Virus record (IMG/VR): IMGVR_UViG_3300030677_000007
Location: 1 to 55,535 of that record
From: a virus
Lineage: Duplodnaviria > Caudoviricetes
Strand: one strand, 5' to 3'
DNA: 55,535 bases
Shown: one piece after another, positions 27,993-36,210 of the stretch
How the letters are laid out: every line of letters starts with the position of its first letter
Position numbering within the stretch: position 1 is the first letter of the stretch
Translations under genes and position numbers: made by a program
Notes under the pieces: model-generated
What the model saw: the letters and a program-made list of their open reading frames with translations, nothing else
The model's database searches: none
Told to the model about the DNA's origin: nothing

Positions 27993-28064
27993 TGGCGGGG
28001 GCCGGGTTCGAACCGGCGGCCTCCGGGACATGAGCCCGGCGCGCTACCTCTGCGCTACCCCGCA
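27993..28064 (-). tRNA. tRNA-Met(CAT), initiator-like
   Basis: Full cloverleaf; 1:72 mismatch; three G-C pairs closing the anticodon stem; loop CTCATGT; no encoded CCA. Confidence 0.88.
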
Positions 28065-28088
28065 CGACGGCTGGCCCTGGAACGCAGA

Positions 28089-28120
28089 ACAGCCCCGTCA
28101 CCTGGTGAGGTGCGGGGCTG
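28089..28120. terminator. Hairpin upstream of the tRNA pair
   Basis: cagccccg...cggggctg. Confidence 0.5.
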
Positions 28121-28197
28121 CTGATGCCGCAGGAGGCCGTACCCGTTTCCGGGCATGCCGCGTCGAGAAGCGACTCTAGAGCATCATCGGCCGAATG

Positions 28198-28467
28198 TCA
28201 CGAAACGATAACGGAGTCCTCGGTGTGCTCGATCTCGACCCAGATGCTCTCGCTGGCAGCCAGGTTGATCACGAGACTTCCACCATCGGGAATCTGGACA
28301 TCGCCAACGGTGAGGCGCACCGACTCATCGGCTTGCACCTCGATCGCCGCGATCTTGCCGAAGAACCAGCCACCACCACCCGGATAGCCGAAGATCGATC
28401 CGATGAGCGCAGGGGAAATCTGGGAAGCCGGAACGAACTCGGCGGCTTCAGACATGCGGTTGCCCAT
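28198..28467 (-). CDS. Hypothetical protein
   Basis: GAGAGGA RBS; lower GC; beta-rich. Confidence 0.5.
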   Translation of the reverse strand: MGNRMSEAAEFVPASQISPALIGSIFGYPGGGGWFFGKIAAIEVQADESVRLTVGDVQIPDGGSLVINLAASESIWVEIEHTEDSVIVS

Positions 28468-28535
28468 GGCGACGTCCTCTCAAGGAAGTGATCCAGGTCA
28501 CGCTACACCGGGTGCCGCGACCCACGCAGTCCGCG

Positions 28536-28601
28536 GGTAGTCGCCCGGTAGTTCAGGAGGTAGTTCCAGGGGTAGTTCATGGGCTGACCTGCACAACTAC
28601 C
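28536..28601. repeat. Phased 8-bp direct repeats (clt-like)
   Basis: GGTAGTCG 28536, GGTAGTTC 28547, 28559 and 28571; inverted AACTACC 28595. Confidence 0.75.
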
Positions 28602-29163
28602 CCGCCACGTCCCCGGGGACGTCCCCGGCCGGGGAGGGGGTCGGGAGGTCCGCCAGGTGCACGCCGATGCGCACCTGGCCGCGCACCTTGAGCGACGACC
28701 GGACGGGGATACCGCAACCCTCAACGAACTCCCGGAACTCGGACAGCGTCATCGTGGTGTCGGCCAGCCCTGCCCGCTGCCAGCCGAGATGGACACGGTC
28801 GAGGTGGACTCCGTTGCCGCCCGCGGCAAGGGTCCGGATGGTGTGGATGAGCGTGGCGCGTAGCTGCTCCCGGCTCGGCTCCGGCCGCTGGTCGACCTGC
28901 TCCTCCGCCTCGGCCCGGTCGTCCTCGGCGTCGGCCGCCCGGTAGGCGGCGATGAGCCACCAGCCGAGCACGGCCTCCGGGACGACCGGGAACGTCTCGG
29001 CCAGGCGCCAGCCCGCCCAGCCACAGAAGACCTGGACGGTGACCCGCCCGGCCCGCTGCCGCCATGCCTTCTCCTCCCAGGGCCAACGGGCGATCCGCCA
29101 CCCGATCTGGACGCTGCCCCGGGAGATCCGATCAGCGACGCGCTGGCGTCGGGTCACAGCCAC
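28597..29163 (-). CDS. Membrane-anchored protein with C-terminal wHTH-like domain resembling a TraB C-terminus; no ATPase domain
   Basis: Trp-rich hydrophobic N-half; GVHL...GIPVR..LKV.G..RIGVHLADL. Confidence 0.6.
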   Translation of the reverse strand: MAVTRRQRVADRISRGSVQIGWRIARWPWEEKAWRQRAGRVTVQVFCGWAGWRLAETFPVVPEAVLGWWLIAAYRAADAEDDRAEAEEQVDQRPEPSREQLRATLIHTIRTLAAGGNGVHLDRVHLGWQRAGLADTTMTLSEFREFVEGCGIPVRSSLKVRGQVRIGVHLADLPTPSPAGDVPGDVAG

Positions 29164-29687
29164 CCCATGACATGCGCACCGGCCGCGGTGACGATGGGCA
29201 GCAGAATCGCCGTGGCCAGGCCGGTCGCGGCAGCGGACGGCCCCAGGGTCATCCCCGCGATCAGGCCGAAGCCGAGGTCACGCTTCAGGGCCTTGGTCCC
29301 CTTGCGGAACGTGAGGACCACGATCGTCAGCAGGACCAGGACCACGACGGCGGCCCCGGCCTGGAGGTGTGCGAGCCCGGGGTGGGTGATGGTCGCGCTG
29401 CTCGCTCCGGTGAGGGTGTGGAGCGAGTCGTCGCCGAGTTGGTCGCTGCCGGTGCGGACCTTGGTGGCCGCGCCGCCGATGAGGCCGCCGACGCTGACGG
29501 CGACGACGATGCCGAGGGCCAGGGCGCCGACGAACGGCAGCAGTTGCTTCCAGTTCCGGCCGGCAGCTGCGGCGCTCTCCTTGAAGCCGCCCTTCCCGCC
29601 GCCGCCACCGCTCTTACGCCACCAGGGCCAGAGGATGATGACGCACAGGACGAGGCCGACGAGGGCCCCGCCGACGGTGATGCTCAC
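29154..29687 (-). CDS. Multi-TM membrane protein (spread-like operon)
   Basis: About four hydrophobic segments; translationally coupled. Confidence 0.7.
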   Translation of the reverse strand: MSITVGGALVGLVLCVIILWPWWRKSGGGGGKGGFKESAAAAGRNWKQLLPFVGALALGIVVAVSVGGLIGGAATKVRTGSDQLGDDSLHTLTGASSATITHPGLAHLQAGAAVVVLVLLTIVVLTFRKGTKALKRDLGFGLIAGMTLGPSAAATGLATAILLPIVTAAGAHVMGWL

Positions 29688-30124
29688 GTTGTGGCTCCGG
29701 TGAGGAGTTGGAGCAGCCCGAGGACTGCGTCGGGTGTGGTGATGATGCCGAGTGCGGCGGCCCAGAGCCAGACTCGGGTGAGCCAGCTGCCCCGGTAGCG
29801 GTCGAGGAGGACCACGATGCCGGTGCCGAGGACGGCCAGGCCGAACGCGGCGGCCGAGGACTGCTCGTGAGCGCAGGCGTGGAGGGCGGCGCGCCAGCAC
29901 TGGGTGAAGGAGTAGCTACTGCCGGGGACCGGGAAGAGCGCGAGGCCGAGGCAGGCTGCGTTGTAGCCGACGCGCCACGGGACACCTGACCAGACCTGTC
30001 CCGTATCGGGATCCGGCGCGGTGGCGGGTTCGACGTCCGGCTCCGGCGCGGGGGCGACCTCGGGGACGAGCAGGTGCACCGTCGGCGGGTAGGCCGGCGG
30101 CATAGGGATCACGGGCGTACTCAC
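29684..30124 (-). CDS. Membrane protein (spread-like operon)
   Basis: Pro-rich N-terminus then about three TM segments; GTGA coupling. Confidence 0.65.
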   Translation of the reverse strand: MSTPVIPMPPAYPPTVHLLVPEVAPAPEPDVEPATAPDPDTGQVWSGVPWRVGYNAACLGLALFPVPGSSYSFTQCWRAALHACAHEQSSAAAFGLAVLGTGIVVLLDRYRGSWLTRVWLWAAALGIITTPDAVLGLLQLLTGATT

Positions 30125-30312
30125 GGGCTCCCCCACTCCAGGTAGAAGATCCAGGCGAGCAGGCCGACAACGACCCAGGCAGTGACCGCGGCGTGGGCGA
30201 TCCGTGCTGCGCGCGTCGGACGCGCCGGTGAGTCGAGTCGGTAGGTGGCGATGGCGGAGATCATCGCGAGCAGTGCCAGGACGGCCGTCCAGGCCACGAT
30301 GGCGGCGTTCAC
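30121..30312 (-). CDS. Small two-TM protein
   Basis: GTGA overlaps on both sides. Confidence 0.65.
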   Translation of the reverse strand: MNAAIVAWTAVLALLAMISAIATYRLDSPARPTRAARIAHAAVTAWVVVGLLAWIFYLEWGSP

Positions 30313-31214
30313 GGGGTGGCTCCGGTGGTGGTCTCGGGGAACTCGGCGAGGGCCTTGCGGAGGGTGCCGGGTGAGATACCGAGCTGGCGCGCATGCTCGG
30401 TGACAGTCAGCTCGGCGGCCTGCTTGCGCGTCTGCCACCAGCTGGTGGCGGCCTGGCGGCGGGCCTCGCGGTGCTGCTCGATCCGGCGTAGTCGAGCAGC
30501 CTCCAGGGCGCTCACCCCCGGCTCGGGGCTGTCCGTTTCATCAGGATGCTCGCGATCAGGCATGCACACCGGCACCAGGAGCGGGACGCCATACCGGGCG
30601 AGCTTGAGCGGGAGCAGCAGCTCCACCGGCGCCCGCCTGCGCCAGCCGCGCCCGTACTGCGCGCGCAACTGGGTCCGGTAGACCAGCCGGTTCTGCTCCA
30701 GCTGCACGACCTGGTTGTAGGAGCGCAGCTCCCACAGCTTCATCCGCCGCCAGAGTCGGAAGGTGGGCACCGGCGAGAGCAGCCAGCGGACCAAGCGCAC
30801 GGACTCCATGCGCTTGCCGACGCTGATCGCAGCGAGCTCGCCGACCGCGTGCCGGGCGGCCTCGACCACGACTAGGAACAGCACGGGGATGATCGCGTGC
30901 ATCGCGACGGCGAGCGGGTCGGGCCACGCCGAGGCCGCGTTGAACACGATCGTGCTCACGGTGAGCAGCCAGGCAGTCTGCCGCAGCAGAGGGAACGGGA
31001 TGCGCAGCCAGGTCAGGACCAGGTCCAGGGCGAGCAGCACGGCGATGCCGATGTCCACCCCGGCTGGCAGGACGTAGGAGAAGAACCCGAAGCCCTTGCG
31101 GGCAGCCAGTTCCTGGACGGCGTTGTAGGAGCCGGTGAAGCCGATCAGGGCGATCAGCAGGGCGCCGGCGGCGACGCATCCGATCGCGGTGCGCTGGGTA
31201 CGGGTGAGGGTCAC
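30309..31214 (-). CDS. DUF2637/SpdB-like membrane protein with C-terminal HTH
   Basis: Four TM segments (GSY.AV.ELA, P.GVD), RWLLSP..TFRLWRRM.LW, HARQLGIS HTH. Confidence 0.8.
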   Translation of the reverse strand: MTLTRTQRTAIGCVAAGALLIALIGFTGSYNAVQELAARKGFGFFSYVLPAGVDIGIAVLLALDLVLTWLRIPFPLLRQTAWLLTVSTIVFNAASAWPDPLAVAMHAIIPVLFLVVVEAARHAVGELAAISVGKRMESVRLVRWLLSPVPTFRLWRRMKLWELRSYNQVVQLEQNRLVYRTQLRAQYGRGWRRRAPVELLLPLKLARYGVPLLVPVCMPDREHPDETDSPEPGVSALEAARLRRIEQHREARRQAATSWWQTRKQAAELTVTEHARQLGISPGTLRKALAEFPETTTGATP

Positions 31215-31392
31215 CGCCAGCTCCGCTCTTGGCGGCCGGCCACCGGGTGGGATCGGGGCGGAGCGGGGGCATGGTCAGTACGATCAGGCATGTCTTGCCT
31301 TCCAGGTGAACGCTGGTGGGCGGGACTGGCCCCGGCCATCGGTGTTCGAGCACCGGCCGGGGCCATCTTGGTTTGGCAGCGTGGGCCGCCTT

Positions 31393-31424
31393 CCCCGAGT
31401 GTATGGGCACCCATACACTCGGGG
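31393..31424. promoter_or_regulatory. Perfect palindromic operator between divergent genes
   Basis: CCCCGAGTGTATGGG-CA-CCCATACACTCGGGG (15-bp arms). Confidence 0.75.
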
Positions 31425-31455
31425 GAAGCGGCCTGCCCATGCGGAGGGAGCGGGC

Positions 31456-31749
31456 GTGGCTGAATCCGAGGAGGCCCGACAGGTGTTCGATGCGCTGGAT
31501 CGGCTGGAGGCGATCAAGGATCCCTTGGAGCGGGCGAGGGCCATCAGCGAGCACCTGGCGGACGCCCGGGTGCGAAACCCGAGGCTGACGCAGCAGCGGC
31601 GGGCGGTCGTCCAGGAGCTGCGGGCGCAGGGGTTGTCGCTCAGGAAGATCGCCGCGGCGGTGGGCACGTCACTCGGGACAGTGCAGGACATCCTGCGGGG
31701 TTACAGCAGCTCGTGGAGTGAGCGACCGAAGGCGCCCGACGGCGACTGA
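31456..31749 (+). CDS. Small HTH regulator, likely repressor of the spread-like operon
   Basis: GGAGGGAG RBS; GLSLRKIAAAVGTSLGTVQDIL. Confidence 0.8.
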   Translation: MAESEEARQVFDALDRLEAIKDPLERARAISEHLADARVRNPRLTQQRRAVVQELRAQGLSLRKIAAAVGTSLGTVQDILRGYSSSWSERPKAPDGD

Positions 31750-31790
31750 GACGCCGTCCAGGTGGTACGGAACCTTCCGTAGATGCACAC

Positions 31791-31806
31791 TCGAACACAT
31801 GTACGA
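31791..31806. promoter_or_regulatory. LexA (SOS) box
   Basis: TCGAAC-ACAT-GTACGA, one mismatch to actinobacterial TCGAAC-N4-GTTCGA; overlaps an ATG. Confidence 0.7.
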
Positions 31807-32212
31807 ACGGCAGCGCTTTCAGACTCCTCCGTGGCCGCCCGGCGTCCCCCGGCCAGGGGACGTCACCTGGCCCGACGGCGCTGTCCGGTGGCTGAGCGAC
31901 GCATTCCCGGGCGACGCGTGGCGACACCGGGTCCTGGCCGGCCACCCCTGGATGCTCACGATCACCCTGGCGGCGCAGCTGCGCGCCGACATCGAGGTGC
32001 TGCGTGAGGAGTACCGGATCACGGCCCGCTCCTGGGGCCGTCTACTGCCACCCGCCACGGCGAAGGCACTGCTGGACGCGACGGAGAAGGAAGGTCGGCG
32101 GCTCAAGGTCATGCTCGACTACGTGCTCGCCCTGGAGCATGCCCTGTCGCCGACCAAGCCGGAGCTCAAGCCGGAGCCGGTGCCGGGTGGGGATGTCAGC
32201 GCGGCGCCGTAG
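31799..32212 (+). CDS. Hypothetical protein, probably leaderless and SOS-regulated
   Basis: ATG inside the SOS box, no RBS; WP..VP.PG...W...A..WL.D motif. Confidence 0.65.
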   Translation: MYERQRFQTPPWPPGVPRPGDVTWPDGAVRWLSDAFPGDAWRHRVLAGHPWMLTITLAAQLRADIEVLREEYRITARSWGRLLPPATAKALLDATEKEGRRLKVMLDYVLALEHALSPTKPELKPEPVPGGDVSAAP

Positions 32213-32259
32213 CGGGCGCACCCAGGCCGCTTACCGTGGCGCCTGCGGGCAGAGCGCGA

Positions 32260-32299
32260 GAGTGGGGCCGGTCCCGATGCGCGGGAGGCCGGCCCCACT
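32260..32299. terminator. Bidirectional terminator
   Basis: agtggggccgg...ccggccccact between convergent genes. Confidence 0.7.
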
Positions 32300-32302
32300 T
32301 CA

Positions 32303-32464
32303 CTACAGGGCCGCGACGACTGCGCTCGCGAGCACGCCGGCCGCTGCCAGTGCACCGCTGCTGACGCCGAGCGACGCCGCCTGCTTGCGGATGGCGCCGT
32401 CCAGGAGCTGGTCCAGAACCACCAGCGCACCCAGGACGATGAAGCCCTTGGTCTTGTTTGACAT
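32303..32464 (-). CDS. 53-aa hydrophobic peptide (not in ORF track)
   Basis: GGGAGGTGAT RBS; MSNKTKGFIVLGALVVLDQLLDGAIRKQAASLGVSSGALAAAGVLASAVVAAL. Confidence 0.75.
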   Translation of the reverse strand: MSNKTKGFIVLGALVVLDQLLDGAIRKQAASLGVSSGALAAAGVLASAVVAAL

Positions 32465-32637
32465 GTGATCACCTCCCGTCCGATGTGGGGTTGTTGGGAC
32501 CCGTGTTGAGCGTATGGGGCACTGGGGCGATACGGGAAGGAATCAATTTCTATGCGCTCACCAGCGGTGTTATGGCTCTGCCATGACAGGCACCACCTAC
32601 CGTGATCCACATCGATCGGCAGCCCGCGATGGTTCGG

Positions 32638-32841
32638 TCAGACCCCGGGCAGCTGGTCCTGATCGATGTGCCAGCCGCGCGGGGGCGGTGGTGTCTGGTG
32701 CCGGCAGACTGGGCCGCGCCCGTACAGACGCGACTCGGCGTCTGTGAGGGCGCGGTGGCAGCGGTCGCACTCGACGTACCGGGGCTCAGCGGCGAGGGGC
32801 TGAGTGCCCGGGATCTGCGGCTGGATGGGCCTGCGGGTCAC
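32638..32841 (-). CDS. DUF6011-like Zn-finger protein
   Basis: CDRCHRALTDAESR..G.GPVC. Confidence 0.75.
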   Translation of the reverse strand: MTRRPIQPQIPGTQPLAAEPRYVECDRCHRALTDAESRLYGRGPVCRHQTPPPPRGWHIDQDQLPGV

Positions 32842-33449
32842 GACTGCACGCTGCCCTGTGCGACTCGGGCCCGCCGGGCCTGGGCAAGCTTCTTCTCCCG
32901 GTTGCAAGCCTGGCAGTACGCCCGGCCGTCCGGCGTCCGCCGGCCTTCGACGTCCTGGTCGTGGCCGTGCACACAGGCTGGCCGTGCCGGGTGCTTCCCG
33001 AGGATGGTCCGCAGCGCGTCACGGTCACGCAGCCGGGTCGTGAGGTCATCGACATGCTCGGGCGCGATGCACTGCCTATGCCCGCACTCGGCGAAGGCAC
33101 GCCCTTGGGCGTCACGGCCGGTCCGGATCCGGAAGGCGATCGCCGCCGGGCTGTACGACGTCTCCCGGTACCGCAAGACCGGCGTGCCGGACCGGCTGGC
33201 CCGCTCGCCCACCCAGTCCAGGTGGCCGCCGTCGACAGGGCGAGTGAGACTCCGCCACTTCTCCTCCAGCGTGAGCGGCTGGTTCTCGTAGACCGGGTTG
33301 GTCGGCAGTCCGGCCTCGTTGCGGATGCGGCGGACGTCGCGCCGGTCCATGTGCAGCTCGCGCGCGAGGGCTTGCGTGGTCCAGCCCTGGGCTGCCAGTT
33401 CGAGCAGCCGTGCGTGCTTGGCGGCGAGTTCGGATCGGCTGGGTGGCAT
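32838..33449 (-). CDS. HTH plus degenerate HNH/His-Me finger protein
   Basis: N-terminal HTH; CGHRQCIAPEH; CVHGH...CQAC. Confidence 0.65.
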   Translation of the reverse strand: MPPSRSELAAKHARLLELAAQGWTTQALARELHMDRRDVRRIRNEAGLPTNPVYENQPLTLEEKWRSLTRPVDGGHLDWVGERASRSGTPVLRYRETSYSPAAIAFRIRTGRDAQGRAFAECGHRQCIAPEHVDDLTTRLRDRDALRTILGKHPARPACVHGHDQDVEGRRTPDGRAYCQACNREKKLAQARRARVAQGSVQS

Positions 33450-33511
33450 CGACTGCTCCCTTACTGTTGGCTGGTTGGGGCCGCGCCGGGCTGGCGCGGC
33501 CCAGGGCGGGA

Positions 33512-33913
33512 TCAGGGGTGGTTGCGGTATTGGTCGCGCACGAGGTAGGTCGCGTAGTTCAGGGCTTCGTAGCGGCTCGTGAAGCCACCGAGCTGCCGAC
33601 GCTTGCGGCCCGTGCGCCAGACAGCGCGCCACTTGCCGTTCGGTGCGCGTTCGGCCCGAGGGGCGCTGGCGACGCCTTCGGACTGCCGCTCGGTGCCGGC
33701 CGCGCGGGCCGAGACCCAGTCGCGGGGCTGTTCGCTGACCGGGAGCGCGTCGATCGCGTGAACCAGGGCGAGGGCAGCGACGGCCAGGGCGTCGTCAGCG
33801 CGGGCTGCCCAGGCGTCGGCGTTCGGGTCGCCCTCCGGGGCGTACTCGGCCTGGGCACAGTCCAGGGCGGCGGCGATCAGGGCATCCTGCTCGACTGCCG
33901 GGTATGCGGGCAT
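33512..33913 (-). CDS. Hypothetical protein
   Basis: AGGAGG RBS; C-terminal GKWRA..GGFTSR.EA (AP2/arm-binding-like). Confidence 0.55.
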   Translation of the reverse strand: MPAYPAVEQDALIAAALDCAQAEYAPEGDPNADAWAARADDALAVAALALVHAIDALPVSEQPRDWVSARAAGTERQSEGVASAPRAERAPNGKWRAVWRTGRKRRQLGGFTSRYEALNYATYLVRDQYRNHP

Positions 33914-33952
33914 GCGGATCCTCCTGGGTTGGCGGGTTGATGGTTGGCGGGT

Positions 33953-34504
33953 TCAGCCGGGTAGGCAGCCGTTGGCGTGCAGGATCTGGCCGTTGGCGCG
34001 CGGGGTGCCGCAGTCCTTGCACCGGTCGGTGGCCGAGGGCTCCGGCCGCGCACCGACAGAGGCGGCGGTCAGCTGACGGAGCCGCTGGTACTTCTCCTCG
34101 GTGGTGTGGCCGTCCCAGCCGATGGCGAACGGATCGGCCCAGGAGACGTGATCGAACAGGTCGAGGTCGTCGGGGTTGATGTGCCAGCACATCTGGCCGG
34201 CGTCCGGCTCGACCATGAGGACGGGCCAGGTTGGGACGTCCGGGTCGCTGTAGGCGAGGTGAGCCTGATGGCGGGCGGCGAAGTCCGCGAGCAGGTAGGC
34301 GCATTCGCGGTAGGCCGCGCTTCGCTCTGCGTGTGCCTGCTCCAGCTCGGCACGGAGACGCTGCACCTCGACCTGGAGATCCAGTGCGATCTCGTGGAGG
34401 GCTTCCTCGTTGCCATCGTTGTACGTCGCCGTGGACCAGGTGCTCGTGCGCTCGCCGTACTGGGCGAGACGAACCTCGGCGGGGATGAGCTGCCTGTCGG
34501 TCAT
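33953..34504 (-). CDS. WDGH-motif protein
   Basis: GQMCWH...WDGHTTEEKYQRL. Confidence 0.7.
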   Translation of the reverse strand: MTDRQLIPAEVRLAQYGERTSTWSTATYNDGNEEALHEIALDLQVEVQRLRAELEQAHAERSAAYRECAYLLADFAARHQAHLAYSDPDVPTWPVLMVEPDAGQMCWHINPDDLDLFDHVSWADPFAIGWDGHTTEEKYQRLRQLTAASVGARPEPSATDRCKDCGTPRANGQILHANGCLPG

Positions 34505-34767
34505 TGCTGCTCTCCGATGGTGGGGAAGGTGAAGACGGCCGCATCGCTGGGCACGGGCAGTCCGTAGTGCTCGTCCTCGCGCGGGGGCCACAGGGAGACC
34601 GTCAGCGGGCCGGTCCAGGAGTGTGCGGTGCGGGTTTCGGCAGCCAGCTCGGCAGCGAACGCAGCCGGATCGGCCGGGGCGTGCTGGCGGGCACCGTAGG
34701 ACGCGCGCCACGTCTCGCCTGGGTAGGCGGGGCGCGGGTGCTCGATGGCATAAACGATCTCGGTCAA
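34501..34767 (-). CDS. Hypothetical protein
   Basis: GGAG RBS, TTG start, ATGA overlap. Confidence 0.6.
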   Translation of the reverse strand: MTEIVYAIEHPRPAYPGETWRASYGARQHAPADPAAFAAELAAETRTAHSWTGPLTVSLWPPREDEHYGLPVPSDAAVFTFPTIGEQQ

Positions 34768-34847
34768 GGGGTTTCTCCTAGGGGTGTTGTGAAGGGCGGC
34801 TGAGTGCCTGATGGGCTGCGCGAGCGAGTCGCGCAGCCGACCGGCGA

Positions 34848-35054
34848 TCAGACGTTGAGCGTCGAGACTCGGCGTTCGGCCCTCTCGGCGACCTGGCGAG
34901 CGAAGGCGCTACCGCCGGGGACCGCGCACATGCCGGTGAACTCGCCGGTGGCGGGGTCCACGGAGACCTGGAAGCCGTGGCCAGCGGCGAAGGCTTCGCT
35001 GGCGGCTTTGGCGTAGTGGGCGATGGTCTCGGGCTGGTACTGGAAGTTCGACAC
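34848..35054 (-). CDS. Small hypothetical protein
   Basis: GGAG RBS, GTG start. Confidence 0.6.
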   Translation of the reverse strand: MSNFQYQPETIAHYAKAASEAFAAGHGFQVSVDPATGEFTGMCAVPGGSAFARQVAERAERRVSTLNV

Positions 35055-35084
35055 GGGGGGCTCCAGGTGATGGGGGTGGGTGTT

Positions 35085-35441
35085 TCAGGCGGCGAGCAGG
35101 ATGGTGGCGGCGGCGCGGTGGTAGCAGACGTGCAGGCCGCGGAGGCCGGCCGCGCATGTGCAGGCTTCGGGGGCGGTGAGGTAGGTCCCCGTGCCGTCCG
35201 ACCGGACGACGCGGAAGACCCGGGGGCGGATGGCGACCAGGCCACCGAGCTCGATCAGCTCCATAGCCTTGGTGACCGTGGAGCCCTTGAACTGGCTGGC
35301 GGCCTTGGCCTTGGCGGCGGCGGTGACCTTGGCGCGGCAGGTGCGGCCGTAGCCACGGGCGATGCTTTCGGCGGAGCGGAGGGCGCGGTGGCAGCGGAGG
35401 CAACGGCGTTGCCCGGTGGTCTCGTTCAAGGTGCTGTGCAC
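35085..35441 (-). CDS. DUF6011-like plus SWIM Zn-finger protein
   Basis: CLRCHRALR..ES..RGYG..C and CTC...CYH. Confidence 0.75.
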   Translation of the reverse strand: MHSTLNETTGQRRCLRCHRALRSAESIARGYGRTCRAKVTAAAKAKAASQFKGSTVTKAMELIELGGLVAIRPRVFRVVRSDGTGTYLTAPEACTCAAGLRGLHVCYHRAAATILLAA

Positions 35442-35482
35442 GGCTGGCCTCTCACCTGCGCGGTCCGGCCGATCACCGTCCC

Positions 35483-35586
35483 TTGTAGCTACAAACCTAG
35501 GCGTTTCGTAGCTACGAATCAAGAGGTTCGCGCAAGATTTCGTAGCTACGAAATGACACCCGGACCGTTGCTGCTCGTAGCTACAG
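35483..35586. promoter_or_regulatory. Four GTAGCTAC palindromic operators
   Basis: Copies at 35485, 35508, 35542, 35577; two extend to TTCGTAGCTACGAA. Confidence 0.8.
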
Positions 35587-35603
35587 GCCGCTACCCTTCG
35601 GCC

Positions 35604-35831
35604 ATGGCTCCCGACGACTACGACCAGCCCCGCCAGTTCCGCGCACCCGACGACGAATGGATCCCCTTCGAGGCTGCGACCCGCGCGCAGCACCCGACGG
35701 GTCGCAGCCCGCGGGCGCCGGTCCTGCGGGAGTTCATCCGCTGGTACATGCGCCGGCCGGGAGCGAAGCTGCCGGAGCGCCCGCCCGCCGGACCGTGGTC
35801 GACGTCCAAGAGCGGCCCACCAGCCGAGTAG
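35604..35831 (+). CDS. Ribbon-helix-helix-like regulator
   Basis: RQFRAPDDEW...VLREFIRWY; divergent from the operator array. Confidence 0.7.
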   Translation: MAPDDYDQPRQFRAPDDEWIPFEAATRAQHPTGRSPRAPVLREFIRWYMRRPGAKLPERPPAGPWSTSKSGPPAE

Positions 35832-35889
35832 CCGCCCCGCCGCGCAGCCGATCGTCAATGCCGGCCGGCCCTTCCTGGTGGCTGCTGCT

Positions 35890-36210
35890 TCACCAGGTCC
35901 CGCCGATCCGGGCGGCCTCGTAGTCCTGCTGCGACACGCACACCGAGCCGGTGTGCTTCCCAGAGCGGAGGTGGAGCTCCCAGCAGTCGGGGTCGGTGAT
36001 CGTGACCGGGAACCAGCTGGTGATGGTGCTGTGGCAGGAGTAGCGCTTGCCGTAGCCCGAGCAGCGGCTGCCGTAGATCGGCTCCATCTGGATGTACTGG
36101 CTCTGGGGCCGGTATTCCTTGCTGGTGATGGTGCCGTGGGTGATGCCGCCGCAGGCCGTGAGGACGGCGGTAGCGGCGGCGGTGAGGGCTGCAGTGATCC
36201 GGCGGTTCAT
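35890..36210 (-). CDS. Putative lipoprotein
   Basis: MNRR-hydrophobic-LTAC lipobox; Cys pairs. Confidence 0.7.
   Translation of the reverse strand: MNRRITAALTAAATAVLTACGGITHGTITSKEYRPQSQYIQMEPIYGSRCSGYGKRYSCHSTITSWFPVTITDPDCWELHLRSGKHTGSVCVSQQDYEAARIGGTW

Noticed and set aside
27919-28064. tRNAs as the integration site
   Set aside because: About 20 kb from int; the ProDH fragment next to int explains attP better
31335-31350. Second SOS box (GTTCGA half-site)
   Set aside because: Left half does not match TCGAAC
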